Shown here piece by piece: positions 50,258 to 62,815 of a stretch of DNA of 64,000 nucleotides. The position numbers were made by a program, and so were the translations under genes. The DNA comes from Blepharisma stoltei ATCC 30299 (Eukaryota > Protista > Ciliophora): positions 310,001 through 374,000 of the forward strand of contig CBFDEM010000025.1 of assembly GCA_965603825.1 (NCBI GenBank), read 5' to 3'. The notes below the pieces were generated by a model. The model did no database searches and had not been told where the DNA came from. It saw nothing but the letters and a program-made list of their open reading frames with translations. Positions within the stretch are counted from its first letter, which is position 1; each line of letters opens with the position of its first letter.

Positions 50258-50467
50258 ATTAAATTTTTATAATAAAAATGTAATTAGCACTTTTTAAAGC
50301 TAATCTAGGATTGAAAAAGTTTTATTAAAGACTTAAAATGTGAGGAGGATCGATGACCGATATTTTGCTCATCTTTGTCCATATAGAATTCAATATGAAG
50401 TTTTTATGAAATTAAATTCAACAAAAATCTAGAGATTAAAATATCTATATAATAAGTGCTTTTTAGA

Positions 50468-53137
50468 TTAGGGCAGAAACTCGTCTCTGAATTTCCACAT
50501 TTTAACTGTTTTATCTGAGCTTGCTGAGCTGAAATAGACCCCAAAATGCGAAAGAGAAAGACATGTCACTCCTCCTTGGTGGTTGTCCAGTCTTTCAGAT
50601 TCTTTTTGGCTTTCAATGTCTCATATCCTTATGCTTTTATCATCACTTCCAGAAATAAGATGCTTCCCTGAAGACAAAAATAAAATTGAATTCACTCTTA
50701 ATTTATGCCCAGCAAATGATCGAAATATTTCTTTTGTTTCAATGGCCCGAATTCTTATAATCCTGTCCTCACCTACTGAAGCTAAAAACCTTCCACATGG
50801 CGAATAAATAACTTGGTAAACCGCGCAGCTTTCGTTAGCAAATGCTTCTTGTTGATATTCATATTTGTTAACGTCATGAATAAATATTGTTTTATCTGAG
50901 CTGCCAGAAGCAAGGAAATTGCCACATGGAGAATAGCATACTGAGTTGACATCTGATTTATGTGCATAAAAGGTATTAATTGTAGAATAATCATTTTCTT
51001 TAGTCCAAATCATTATTGTCTTGTCAGCGCTTCCTGTTGCAAAATTGATAGAATTTGGACTAAAGCATATCGACTTAATCGCTTTCCAATGAGCATTGTA
51101 GCCACCAAAGAAACTAGCATCGCTAACATTTCAGATATTAACTTCGCTCTCTACCCTTGAGATTGAATTGAATGACGAATTTCTATCAATTCAATCGCTG
51201 AAACTTGAAGTCGTCATAACGAGTGTATCACATTTTGTGAAAGCTATAAATGTGCTGTATGTTTCGTCATTAATAGTATTAATTAGCTTAAAATTGTTCA
51301 TATTCCAAAACTTTATTGCTTTGTCTTTCCCACAAGTTGCAAAAATTTCATCATTATGAGAAATGGCTACTGAAGAAATCCCATTTTTATGTCCTTCAAA
51401 TTGTCCATTCTTAACCCAGCTATCAAAGTCCCACACTTTTATTTTGCAGTCACTACTTCCTGAAATCACCAAATTCTTATTTGGGTGAAAACAAACCGAG
51501 TTTACAGCCTTATCATGGAAGAATTCCCTAGCATTTCTATTTGATTCTAAGTCCCAAATAATTATTTTATTATCGTTTCCAGCTGATGCCAAATATTTCC
51601 CACAAGGAGAAAACGCTACAGAATTGACATCGTTTTTGTGCCCTTCAAAAATTTGGGCATCTTTCATAGTCTTTATTTCTCATAAAACAACTTTTCAATC
51701 ACTAGCAGAAGCGAAATATTTCCCACAAGGACTGAAGCAAACACTTTTAATTTTTTTCGTCACGTTGCATCTACCTATTTCTGCCTCATTTTCAATATCC
51801 CAAATTCTTATTGACTCAATAAAACTAGATGAGACAAGAAATCGCCCGCATGGGGAAAGTGATAGAGATCGTATCCCATATCTATGGCCTTTTAATATTT
51901 TGGTGATTTGGTCGTTCTCAAAGTCCCATCATTTGATAACTCATTCTGAACTGCTTGAAATTACGTATTTATCACATAAAGAAAATAATACGCAATAAAC
52001 ATTGAACTTGTGCCCAGTAAATTGATGAATTTCTTTTGAATTTTCCCAGTCCCAAACTCTGACTGTCTGATCATATGAGCCTGAAACTAATAATTTCCTA
52101 TTATGAGAGAAAGAAACCGATGATATTGAATTTGTATGGCCGTTAAGCCTTATAAAGATTTCTTGAGTGTTTAAATTTCATATTAATATATATGGCTTTG
52201 CACCTCCTGATGCTATAAAGTTTCCACAGCTTGAAATAGCGACTGCATTAATGTAGTCTTCATAGCCAAGTAAGGAAATCTGCCCAAAATTAACATTTTC
52301 CATCATAGCATTTTTGAAATTTAGATTGTACAAGCTGGAATGAGAAAAATTCGCGCTACTTAAATCACAGTTTTCAAAATTAGTCCCAATAAATAATGTT
52401 TCCGAAAAATTTGTATACGGTAGCTTGGTATTACTTAAGTCTTTATAATTAAACGAGAAATCTGATGCATTTAAAATCGTTGCTGCATTGCTTGCTGCTA
52501 TAGAAATACCTTGAATTTCTTTTGACATGAGTAAAATATTGAACAGTTGAAGCTTTAATTCATTTGTTAGCAATTCTTTCAATTGTGTACAAATTTGTTT
52601 TCTATTATTAAATTTAACATTGTTAAAATAGCTTTTCTTAAGAATTTCTATATTTTTTCATTTTGGAATATCTATACATATGTTTTTTGCCACTTTTAGC
52701 TCAATCAGATTTGTATTGACTGGCTTATAACTCATATCCAAAGTTAGTAGTTTATTGTTTTTTAATCCTTTTCCGATAATTTCATTAAAAATTTGATATT
52801 CAATCAAAATATCTGCTAAATGACGAGCTGTTTTATTTCTTTTCTCAATTTTTGGAATGTAAGTATTCAATAACTTTATATATTTAAAGATTTGAGCATC
52901 AAGGGAAGCAATTTCTTTACCAAGCTTAGTTTCATATTTGGTAAATCTTTCCATTTCTGCTTGTATCTGATGAGGCTGAAATATTTTTTGATAATTTGAA
53001 GTTAATTTCATATGGCTTCTTGAACATAGATTGGAATGCTGATTATGATGAAGTTTGCAAAGTAAAACTCCTGGTTCGACGTAAGCACAAAGATACTTTG
53101 GGTATTCTGAGCAGTTTATAGTTCCACAATGCAGCAT
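50468..53137 (-). CDS. Zn-binding N-terminus + pentapeptide repeats + about 13 WD40 repeats (889 aa)
   Basis: Four track ORFs form one frame through about nine TGA codons, several at the Trp of WD dipeptides (IRI-W-D). AASNAATILN...DLSNTKLPYTNFS...DLSSANF is a pentapeptide block. Ends at TAA 50468-50470. Confidence 0.9.
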
Positions 53138-53586
53138 ATTTATAATAAAGCTCTTATTTATGTGAAACTGACTTTTTAAATAATGATATTTTATGATGAA
53201 TTCCTTATATAGATAATTTGTTTAATATTTATTTTCATGGTTTTAGTGTGCTTTAAAATTTTCTTTATTAAGTTAGGGTACAGTTAAACTGCATTTTTAT
53301 TCGATGGTCATTATAGCAAAAACTTTTATTGCGAAGTTTTACTTTAAAAATATGTTCTCATCCCTTGCTATAATTATAATTTTGGCAAGCGGAGAATGAC
53401 TCCACGAATAAAGCAAATGCAAAATTGTGTAATAGATTAGATCTTCTTATGCATTCTTATTTAGCTTGATTTAAACGCTTTATCTTCCTGTTAATTTTTT
53501 CATATTTCAAATATTCTATATCACGAAAGAGTTACAATTAGAATCACACATTTATTCGAGCATATTTGTGCTTTAAAAACTGTTAA

Positions 53587-54786
53587 ATGGGATCATGCTA
53601 CAACAGACCTTCTCGTAAGGAAATACGAATTGTTCCAACAGTTGTTCCATCAACAAATCAAAATCATAATGTTGGTCGTCAAAGACTTTCAATTTTATCA
53701 ACACCAAATATTTCTCAAAATTCCCTTGAAGGGAATCTTGAAATATTGGCACAACTTCATTCGTCATTGCAAAGCAGACCTCCAACTGAAGGCAAACCTG
53801 AACAAGGCAGCTTATTTTTGATAAAAGAACGATACATCGTGGAAAGTAAAAATGAGCCGAAACGCCAAGATAGTTTTGACGAAAAATGATCACGAATCAC
53901 AGGCAACAAAACTCACATCGATTTCTTATATCGCCTTGGCATCTCAGTTACCTGCAAAAAAGGCTTAAAACCAGAAAGCCCCAACCAAGATGACTACTGC
54001 ATCGTTATTGATGGACCTTCATTTCTCTTAGGTGTATTTGACGGGCATGGATTCTTCGGCCATGATGTATCCAATTATGTGCACAGCTTAATGCCTGTAG
54101 TTATGTTTTCAAACGCTAACTGAAAGCAGCACCCTGAACAAGTGATGAAAGAAGTTTTCTCCCAATGCAACCAAAGCTTGATTAACACTTGTAATTACCA
54201 AGATACAAAATTTGACTGTGAGTACTCAGGCACTACAGCTACTCTGGTACATTATAGAGAGCACAAGCTTTATATTGCTCATGTAGGTGACTCTAGAGCT
54301 GTCATAGCAAGAAGAAAAGGCTCTTCCTTAATACCAATCGAGCTAACCCCAGATCACAAGCCAGAAAATCTTTGCGAAAAAGAAAGAATTGAGAAGTCTG
54401 GAGGCGAAGTCAGAAAACAATCAAGGGAACACCCTTTTAGAGTCTACGTAAAAGGAAAAGACTACCCTGGCCTTGGAATGAGCAGAGCAATAGGTGACAC
54501 ATCAGCTCAATCTATAGGTGTATCATGTGAGCCCGAATTTTCCGAATACAAGCTTGATGAAGAAGATGAATTTGTGCTGGTTTGCAGTGATGGGATTTGG
54601 GAATTTATAAGCAACCAAGAAGCTGTCGATCTCATAGACGCAAATTCAAAAAGCATCAAGAAAGCCCCAGAAAAGCTTGCAGAACTTGCTTGGAACAGAT
54701 GAAGTGAGCATGAGCGAGGAGTCGTTGATGATATCACAGTAATTCTTGCTTATATTCCTAAACAATTACATACTGACTGTATCTAA
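53587..54786 (+). CDS. Protein phosphatase 2C (PPM), probably N-acylated (MGSCY), 399 aa
   Basis: NQDDY, GVFDGHG, SGTTA, HVGDSRA, GMSRAIGD, CSDGIWE and DDITV motifs; TGA(Trp) at 53887, 54121 and 54700; ends at TAA 54784-54786. Confidence 0.93.
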
Positions 54787-54797
54787 TTAACTTAACC

Positions 54798-56108
54798 TTA
54801 ATTACTTTTAAGATCTTGGATTTCAAATAACACATTGCAGAGCAACCCTGAAATTCGCTCGTCTGATGCGGCTACTGCAAATATTTGTGTGTCAAACGGC
54901 ACAAAAAGCTTGACGTTTTTAGGTGCCCCTGATAGATTGTTTAGGATCATTGCAGATATTTTGGCTTGCTTGTCTTCGGCGTCATCTGTTTGGGATATTG
55001 ATGTCAAAAGCCTGACAAGGCCTTCAATGCAGCGAGGAGCGTTTGCGATTTTTACCTTAGTAGCTAAGCTTTGGTCACTGAGGTTGCAGAGGATTTCTAA
55101 GACAGAGTCTTTGGATTGTGAAGTGGAGAGAAGCCATTTAGCTAGCTCGTCAAAGAAAATTTGAGGAAGCTGCTCAATTATTTCTTCATTGCTGATAGGC
55201 AGAGTAAGTTTTCTGAAGCACTCAATTGCGGATTCTGCTAAATCACTTTGTAGGCAGTCCATTAGAGTGCACAATAAGTCTCTATAGTTTGGCAGATCTT
55301 GCAAGAAAATGTGTTTAGCTAAATTTGTTAAAAATTCCAAACAATTTTGAGTGATTTCTTTATCAATTAACAGGCTAAAGATCTTAACAATAGCCTCAAT
55401 CATTCCGCTGCACTTAAAAAGGATGATTTCGTTATTTCTAATCATACTCAAGTTTCTCAGGACCAATAAAATCGCTTTCACTTGTTCCATCATCACCACA
55501 TAAGAAGCTTCATCATAAGGAGTCACACCTCTTGGTCTTTTCATTGGAACTTCTCCTCCAAAGGCAGGTAATTTCTTCAAGCAATACTGCAAAAACGACA
55601 AAATGCTTTCTACTAGTCCGTTGCTTTCAAGCTGATAGTTGTGAGCTGTATTGCAGCTAAACAATAAAAGCGTGTTTATTGCCCAGTTCACTTCAGTTTG
55701 GTACTTGCTGTCAAAAGCTAGAATCATCCTCCTTGTGTTTGCCATCATAGGTGCTGTCACCTTGATTTTCTTAGTAGGCTTTGAAGCAGCCGCTTGCTCT
55801 GGCTCAGCCACTGGGACACTTCTTTCACTTTTACTGAAAAAGTTCTCTTGCTCATATGTAAAAAGTATCTTATGATAATGCTGGCGAAGGTTATAGCTCG
55901 CAGAGGTACAAGAGCTTGGCAAGTCTAAAGCAGTGACGACTTCTTTTCATAATTTGTTATTAGATACTTGCTGGAATCCGCCTCGGCTTACGACTTCTTT
56001 ATAAAGTTTAAAAAGATCAAGCTCTTTCCCACCTATTTGTGGGACTCTCAAGACTTCGTTTCGCTGCTCAAAAAACTTGCGAAGGGACTTAAGAAATTCT
56101 TCAGCCAT
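54798..56108 (-). CDS. ARID/BRIGHT + ARM-repeat protein (ARID2/BAF200-like SWI/SNF subunit), 436 aa
   Basis: The N-terminal extension MAEEFLKSLRKFFEQR...PQIGGKELDLFKLYKEVVSRGGFQQVSNNKL-W(TGA 55947)-KEV...LPSSCTSASYNLRQHY is an ARID domain. EVNWAINTLLLFS resembles the start of the ARID2 ARM region. Confidence 0.88.
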
Positions 56109-56137
56109 ATTAAAATATTTCAAGAATTAAGGGAAAA

Positions 56138-57133
56138 TTAGAACCGAGTTGAGGTACCGAATGCAGCTTTAGGGGATTTTTTAAGCACAACCTCACTGTT
56201 TGGGAAGTACTGGCCTGGCCCAGGTGCTTCGCTTTTGAAAGTGAAATGTGTTTTTACAGTAGTCGAGGATTTTCCGTATGAGACTTTTTCTTTTGGAAAG
56301 TATTCAACCTCTAAATCTTTTTTGCTGAGATAAAAGGTGTCTTGTTTTTGACTTTTCCCCATGGAATATGCAGGAGCCGCTTCAAGTGCTCCTTTGGGAG
56401 AGTATTCAGCTGGAGAAGGATATCTGCCATAGTTATTTTGGTACCTTTGGCTTTTTCCAATTGTTCACTTTGGAGAAGTTGATTTGGTAGTTTTTGATGA
56501 ATATGCTCCAGGGCCAGGCGTTGAATGAGCTGCTGACTGAGGTCTTCTAGGGATTATAAGTGCGGGCTTCCCATCATTTGTTGATTTGCTTGTATTATAA
56601 GACCCAGGGCCAGGAGTAACAGCTTTTACAAATCCATCCCTTGAGGTCATTGTAAAAGAATAATCGGGATGTTTCAGTTTGATCAATAATGAATCTTCAT
56701 ATGTGCCAGGGCCAGGATTGTCAGAGTTTCTTGATAAGTATCATCGCTTGGCTTTACCAATAGTGGCTCTGGGAGACTTTGATAAAACTGGCTGAATACT
56801 ATAAGCCCCAGGTCCTGGATGTGCATCGTAATTTTTCCGTAATATTTTTTTCTTGCTTTTCTTTAGATTAATTGTGTATCGGGTCGCGTTATACTCAACT
56901 AATCTTCCAGCTTTCTGAGGTTTCTTGCCTGAGCTCTCTTTAAAACTCCTTGAATGTTGTCCAACAGAATCTTCAGTGGTTTCTGTATTATTAATAACGC
57001 TAGTGTCAAGAGTTGCGTAGATTTTTTTGATATTCTTTAGTGAATTAGAGTAATTATTGCTGTCTTGATGATATTTTTGAGGTTCACTGTATCTTTTTGA
57101 AGCGAATCTATTTAACTGCTCAGCGGAATTCAT
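56138..57133 (-). CDS. ODF3/STPG (PGPG.Y, SHIPPO-type repeat) ciliary microtubule-associated protein, 331 aa
   Basis: Repeated PGPGAY/PGPGTY/PGPGSY/PGPGQY; three track ORFs are joined by TGA at 56741 and 56465. Confidence 0.88.
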
Positions 57134-57551
57134 TAATTTATAAGATCTATTTTAATTAATACTGCGATAATTTGGTGATTTAATTAACTATAATTGTGTA
57201 TTAAAATGGTTATAAGTGTAAAAATTGAGGAACTTATGTAACGAAGTGCCAAAAAAAAGCTTAATTAAAAAAATGCTTTTATTTGTCTCTTGAATATTAA
57301 TAATCTTGAACCTTATGAATAAATTTATGATATTCTTCCATTTTTGAATAAATTTAAAATATGAAATATTTAGATTTGCTTTTTGTTTTGTTTTTATAAT
57401 TCAACTAAGTAAATCCATTATATATACTTGACTTTCATCTTATTACTTATATTAATTCAGCCAAATATAAGCTTTTGAATGTTTTCTATTTTTACTGCGC
57501 TTATTCTTTTAATATGAAATTAAAGTAGTTGGGGTTAAATAAATCGTTTAA

Positions 57552-58817
57552 ATGGGTGCAAAGTGCTCATGTCTCAAAGGAGAGCCTTCAGAAGAAAGCC
57601 AGCTTCGTATAGACCACGCTTCCATCGAAGTTGAAAAACGCCAAGCAAGCAGTATACTAAGTCATGAATCAATAATAAATAATGCATCACAGCCTCAAAA
57701 AAATAATGAGGCTCAGAGAAACATGCTAAGCCTAGATTCAATTGCAACTGACCAATCTCACCGTCCTTTAACCATAGCTGACCTCATAAAGCTTCAAAGT
57801 GTACTTCGAGGATACTGTGATCGGAAAAAGACAAAAGAAGTTTACACAACTCTAAAGGCTGATCAAGTCGAAATGCAGCGAGGAAACCAAAAGGCAGCCT
57901 CCGAATCCCAATCTCCCTTCTTCAGAGGCTTCATGCAAAATGATATGCAAAACATCCCTATAACACGCACCGAAATCAGCTTGATTCCTGATGGTAATAT
58001 CCCAGATTACTCAAATAATGAAACAAGAGCTGTCCAATCCAAGCTTGGGAATTTCAGTCCTTCTCCCCCTCCTAACGATCAGACTGCCAAAACAAAGCAT
58101 GGCCCTGCACAGATTGAAAATGGAGCAATTTATACAGGGGAATGGAATAATGATAAACAGAGACATGGCTATGGAGTCCAAGTGTGACCTGACGGCTCGA
58201 AATATGAAGGGTACTGGATGTTTGACAAAGCAAATGGGAAAGGAAGACTCACACATGGAGATGGAGATGTCTATGAAGGAGACTGAAAAGATGACAAAGC
58301 CCATGGCTATGGAGTTTATATGCACACTGACGGAGCTAAGTATCAAGGTAATTGGCAAGATGATAAGCAGCATGGCAAAGGAATGGAAACTTGGCCTGAT
58401 GGAGCTAGATATGAAGGAGATTATATCAATGGCAAAAAAGATGGCCGAGGCCTTTTCCTTTGGGCCGATGGGAGCACGTATGATGGGGAGTTTCAAGATA
58501 ATAATATCCATGGAATCGGAAAATATACATGGGGAGACAGCAGAATTTATATAGGAGAGTGAAAGAACAACAAAATGGATGGAAAAGGGCTATTTAAATG
58601 GTCTGATGGGAGAAGCTACGAAGGTGAGTATGCTGAAGATAAGAAACAAGGATATGGCACTTTTACTTGGCCAGATGGAAGGAAATACCAAGGACTTTGG
58701 CTTAATGGGAAACAGCATGGAAAAGGTGTTTATTTCTCTGCACAAGGGAATAAAAGAGAAGGAGAGTGAAATGATGGGAAAAGAGTCAAATGGATTTTAG
58801 ATGAAAATAATAATTAG
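57552..58817 (+). CDS. MORN-repeat protein with N-acylation signal (MGAKCSC) and IQ-like motif, 421 aa
   Basis: Y.G.W...K.HG.G...W.DG repeats with TGA at the conserved Trp positions 58185, 58284, 58560 and 58767; ends at TAG 58815-58817. Confidence 0.93.
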
Positions 58818-58977
58818 CTTAACTTCACTATTAATGTTTAAAAGCGATTCTTTAGCAGAAAATCTTCTATACACCATTTAATCGTTCTATTTGATAAATC
58901 TGCTTTTAGTGTTTTTTTTAATTTTCTTTGAATTCTCAGAATTTTTCAAAGCTTTTTCTCAAGTCTATATAATTAAG

Positions 58978-61017
58978 ATGGAGTCTCCAAGCTTACATAT
59001 AAAAGAAGAGGTCAAGAAAATAAAAGAAGAAATCCAATCAGTTCCAATCGACCATGTTCCTCTTCAATTTGTCCATAGTCTACTAAACTCAAGAAAATAC
59101 ACAGATCCTTATTTTCCTCCAACCCTCTATATTGTATATGGCGATAAGTCCAAACGTCGTCTTGACTGCGAAATCATTTTTAAAAGGCCAGAAACCTTTA
59201 TGAAGAAGCCAATTTCAGTATTCACAGGTGGAATTGAAGAAAGCGATATTTTACAAGGAAAACTCGGGGATTGCTGGCTTATGAGCTCTCTATGTGCCCT
59301 CACAGAACGAAAAGAAGCCATAGAGAAAATTTTCTGCACCAAAGAGTACTCAGTCAATGGCATTTATAGGCTCCAGCTCTATAAAAACGGAGAATTGCAG
59401 TATGTAACGATTGATGATTATATCCCTTGCGATGCTGAAACGAATAAGCCAGTCTTTAGCAAAAATAATGGTTCTGAGCTATGGGTGCTGCTGATCGAAA
59501 AAGCTTATGCGAAACTTCATGGATCTTATTTATCCCTAAAAGGAGGCTATGCTGAAGAAGCCTTTATTGATATCACAGGATGGCCTGCTTTTACGTATTA
59601 TTTCGACCAGATCGAAGACAAAATAAACTCAGGCGAGTTTTGGAGGATGCTTAATTATTGGCATAGCCAAAGATATTGCTTGGTGGCTGCAACTTCAGGG
59701 GAAATTGATGAAAATTCAGGTATGGTGTCAGGGCATTATTATTCAATTAGAGATGTCGTTGAAGTTCATGGAAATTACTTGCTTCAGCTCAGAAACCCAT
59801 GGGGAAGCTTTGAGTGGCAAGGCGCATGGAGTGATAATTCGAGAGAATGGACGCCTGAGATGATTAATGCCCTACATCCTGTTTTTGATAAATCGGATGG
59901 CCAGTTTTGGATGTGCTATCAAGATTTCCTGTATTATTTTCAAAGAGTAGTCATGGGAAAGACTGAGCTTTGCTATGAAAGGCGAGAAAAGAATTGGATG
60001 ATAAAAAACCCAAGCCATGGGGCTGTCGCTTATGAGTATTATACAATTAATGTGGCGACCAGGACTGAGGTCACGTTAGGAATTCATCAAGAAGATGAAA
60101 GATGTGTAGGAACTAAACAATATAGAAGATACCTAGATTTAGGAATTGTCGTGATCAGATGGGAAGTTGACAAATACGTATTCTTTGCATCAACTGAAAA
60201 AAATTTGTTAGATAGACAAGTGCAGCTTGAGTTAACTCTTGACCCAGGATATTACGTTGTGCTGCCTATAAGTGGAGGCTGCAGCTTCAGAGTCCCAGAG
60301 GGCGAAAAACATCTTGTCCCGCTTTTAACAGAAACTGATGATCTCCATCCCATTTTCCAAAGCACAATTAAAGACATATTCAGAAGATTTGACTCAGATA
60401 TGGACGGAATTCTCTCTGCTAGAGATTTTATCGGCCTTGCTGCAAGGATTGGCCAAAGGCTTTCAGAAGCCCAGTTTTACAACGCAATCTGCCAAAAGTA
60501 TACTTCGACTGAAAGAGGTGTTTCTTTACAAGGATTATATGAGCTGTTTTTGGTCGGGATTGAGGCAGAAGGAGAAGAAGCTGTTAGAAGATGGGTAACA
60601 CAGCTGGGGCATGATGAATATTTCTATAGCATTGAGTCAAAGCCAGTTGTTTTCACTTTGCATTCAAAGGTACCTGTTGATATGAATAAAGCTTTGATGT
60701 CGCCGAATTATAACATTTTAGCATGGGGACTGCTGGCTGAGGCAAAGGGAAAAGAGGTGGCAATGATGTCTGGAATTAAACTGTATACGGTAACACATTC
60801 AAATGGCACAAGCTTTATAGCGAAAAGCAATGCGGTGGTTAATAAAAAAGTGACGCTAGATTTGAATGACTCCACAAATGTAAATTATGCAATTGGGAAT
60901 GGTGTTATAACAGTGGAAATGGAGACAGGGCATTTTGCAATCTTAGAGCATGCCCAATGCTCAGTTGGAGAATCTACGTACACATATAGCTATTCATTTA
61001 AAGCAAAAAATAATTAA
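58978..61017 (+). CDS. Calpain-family cysteine protease (CysPc + domain III with EF-hand-like insert)
   Basis: Catalytic triad motifs QGKLGDCWLMS, GHYYS and LRNPWG; LLIEKAYAKLHGSY; EF-hand-like FDSDMDGILS. The probable ATG is 58978. Confidence 0.92.
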   Translation: MESPSLHIKEEVKKIKEEIQSVPIDHVPLQFVHSLLNSRKYTDPYFPPTLYIVYGDKSKRRLDCEIIFKRPETFMKKPISVFTGGIEESDILQGKLGDCWLMSSLCALTERKEAIEKIFCTKEYSVNGIYRLQLYKNGELQYVTIDDYIPCDAETNKPVFSKNNGSELWVLLIEKAYAKLHGSYLSLKGGYAEEAFIDITGWPAFTYYFDQIEDKINSGEFWRMLNYWHSQRYCLVAATSGEIDENSGMVSGHYYSIRDVVEVHGNYLLQLRNPWGSFEWQGAWSDNSREWTPEMINALHPVFDKSDGQFWMCYQDFLYYFQRVVMGKTELCYERREKNWMIKNPSHGAVAYEYYTINVATRTEVTLGIHQEDERCVGTKQYRRYLDLGIVVIRWEVDKYVFFASTEKNLLDRQVQLELTLDPGYYVVLPISGGCSFRVPEGEKHLVPLLTETDDLHPIFQSTIKDIFRRFDSDMDGILSARDFIGLAARIGQRLSEAQFYNAICQKYTSTERGVSLQGLYELFLVGIEAEGEEAVRRWVTQLGHDEYFYSIESKPVVFTLHSKVPVDMNKALMSPNYNILAWGLLAEAKGKEVAMMSGIKLYTVTHSNGTSFIAKSNAVVNKKVTLDLNDSTNVNYAIGNGVITVEMETGHFAILEHAQCSVGESTYTYSYSFKAKNN

Positions 61018-61138
61018 TATGTTATAGAATTTAATTTAGCTATTGAAAATAATAATCTGAATTTATTTTAAAATATTATTTCAAATTATTAATGAAAATT
61101 TAAGTATAATATTATTACTATAGGATGCTATTATTAAT

Positions 61139-62815
61139 TTAAAAATTGTTTAGGTCACACTGAGAACTTGTTTTTAACTTTTTCATGGAGCCCATCATAG
61201 TCGTCCTCCGGATTGTCATTTTTCTCTGAGACAGCATTCTCATCCCTCTCCTAGAAGCATACAATAAATCATCGTTTTCTGTAGAGATCTCGCTTGAGTC
61301 ATTCGAAAAGCCTGCATAATTCTTACACCACATGATGCTTTTAAACTCTTCAAAATTCATCGTGCCACCAGACTCTAGCTGAAACTCTCCAAGAATTTCG
61401 TCCATATCAGTATCAGATATATAGCACCCTGCTTTTTCCAACACAAACCTCAATTCGTGAACACTTATGCTGCCATTACCATCCTAGATAATTTTTACTA
61501 TATCAAAATGATTGAAAGTCATTCAGAGCGTTTCATCATCAAAAATCTTTTTTTTATCAAGTGCAGCAATTAAAAACTGAGTATAATTTAGTTTTCCGTT
61601 ACCAAGATACTCTATATTTGATATAAGCATATTGAATTCTTCTCTTGCCATATAAAACCCGTTTTTATCCATGCATGTTCTGATGTCGTCCGCTGTGATG
61701 AATCCTGTTTGCTTTCTGTCAATTTCTTTGAAAATATTCTGCAGGCCTTCTAGCTGTTCTTGTGAAAGATTTCTGACTAAAACTTTCATTGCTTCTTGCC
61801 ACAGCTTACCTCTGGCCTTGTGCTTTTTTAAAGAATCAAAAATATTTCCATCTATTTTTATTTGGCAATTGTCCTTGACCATTGTAAACCACTCATGCCT
61901 TAAAGCTTGATTAATGGTAATCCGATCAGGAGGGGGGACTACTAGCATTCTAGCAATAAGATCTTTGGCTTGAGGAGAAATCTGCTTTCAGCATAAATCT
62001 GAAAAGGAGTAATTCGCTTTTTGAATATTCCGAAGAAGATCATTAATACCTGCCCCACCAAACGGGTATTTATTTGCCAATAAGAAATACATCATGACTC
62101 CTGTTGACCAAATATCGCACTCCTTTCCATAGCCTCCTCTTAATATCTCTGGTGCCAAAAAGTAAGGGGTTCCCACCTTTGTGTCCATTCCATCCTCTCC
62201 AAACCTCACAGATAGTCCAAAATCAATCAATTTTAGTTCCGCGCCTTCTTTTTTACTAGTAAGCATAAAATTTTCCGGTTTTATATCTCTGTGGCAAATA
62301 TGTAGTGCATGAAGGTGATTAACAGCCGACAGGACTTTTTGCATGATTCGAGTGACTTCATTTTCTGACAAATTTTCTCTGTCGATAAGGTATTCATAGA
62401 GGTCTCCCCCTTCGCACAATTCAGTAACCAGATGAATGTATTTGGCATCTTCGTAGGTTTCATAAAGTTTAATTATATTCGGATGATCGACTAATTGAAG
62501 TATCATGAGTTCATTTTTTAATAGATCCAGGCTGTCTTGAAGGCGCTCTTTGCTTATTGATTTTACTGCGTAGTGAATTTGATTCGATGGGGCACTTTTT
62601 GCTGTTGCACTTTTAGAGTGGGGAGAAATTTTGATGGCTTCTCTGACTGTTCCAAATTGTCCGTAGCCTAGAACTTTGATAAAATCGTAATGTTTTGTTA
62701 TGACTAAATGGAAAATACTTTCAAGGCGAGCGGCGTTTGAGACTTCTGACTTAGATATCAAATGGCCATGGGATGGCTGAATTTTTAAGTACTCGTTAGA
62801 AGTGCAGATACCCAT
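61139..62815 (-). CDS. Calcium-dependent protein kinase (CDPK), about 553 aa
   Basis: MGICTS acylation signal; GYGQFG, HRDIKPEN, DFG and APE kinase motifs; EF hands. TGA(Trp) occurs at 61988 and 61523, and intron 61484-61498 restores the EF loop DIDGNGSISVHEL. Confidence 0.93.
61484..61498 (-). other. 15-nt intron GTAAAAATTATCTAG
   Basis: It contains an in-frame TAG, and removing it yields a canonical EF-hand loop. Confidence 0.92.

Noticed and set aside
3310-62815. Split ORFs as pseudogenes or separate small genes (channel, WD40, PP2C, MORN, CDPK, ODF3, PAQR)
   Set aside because: All pieces are in frame and separated only by TGA at Trp positions or by 15-nt introns.
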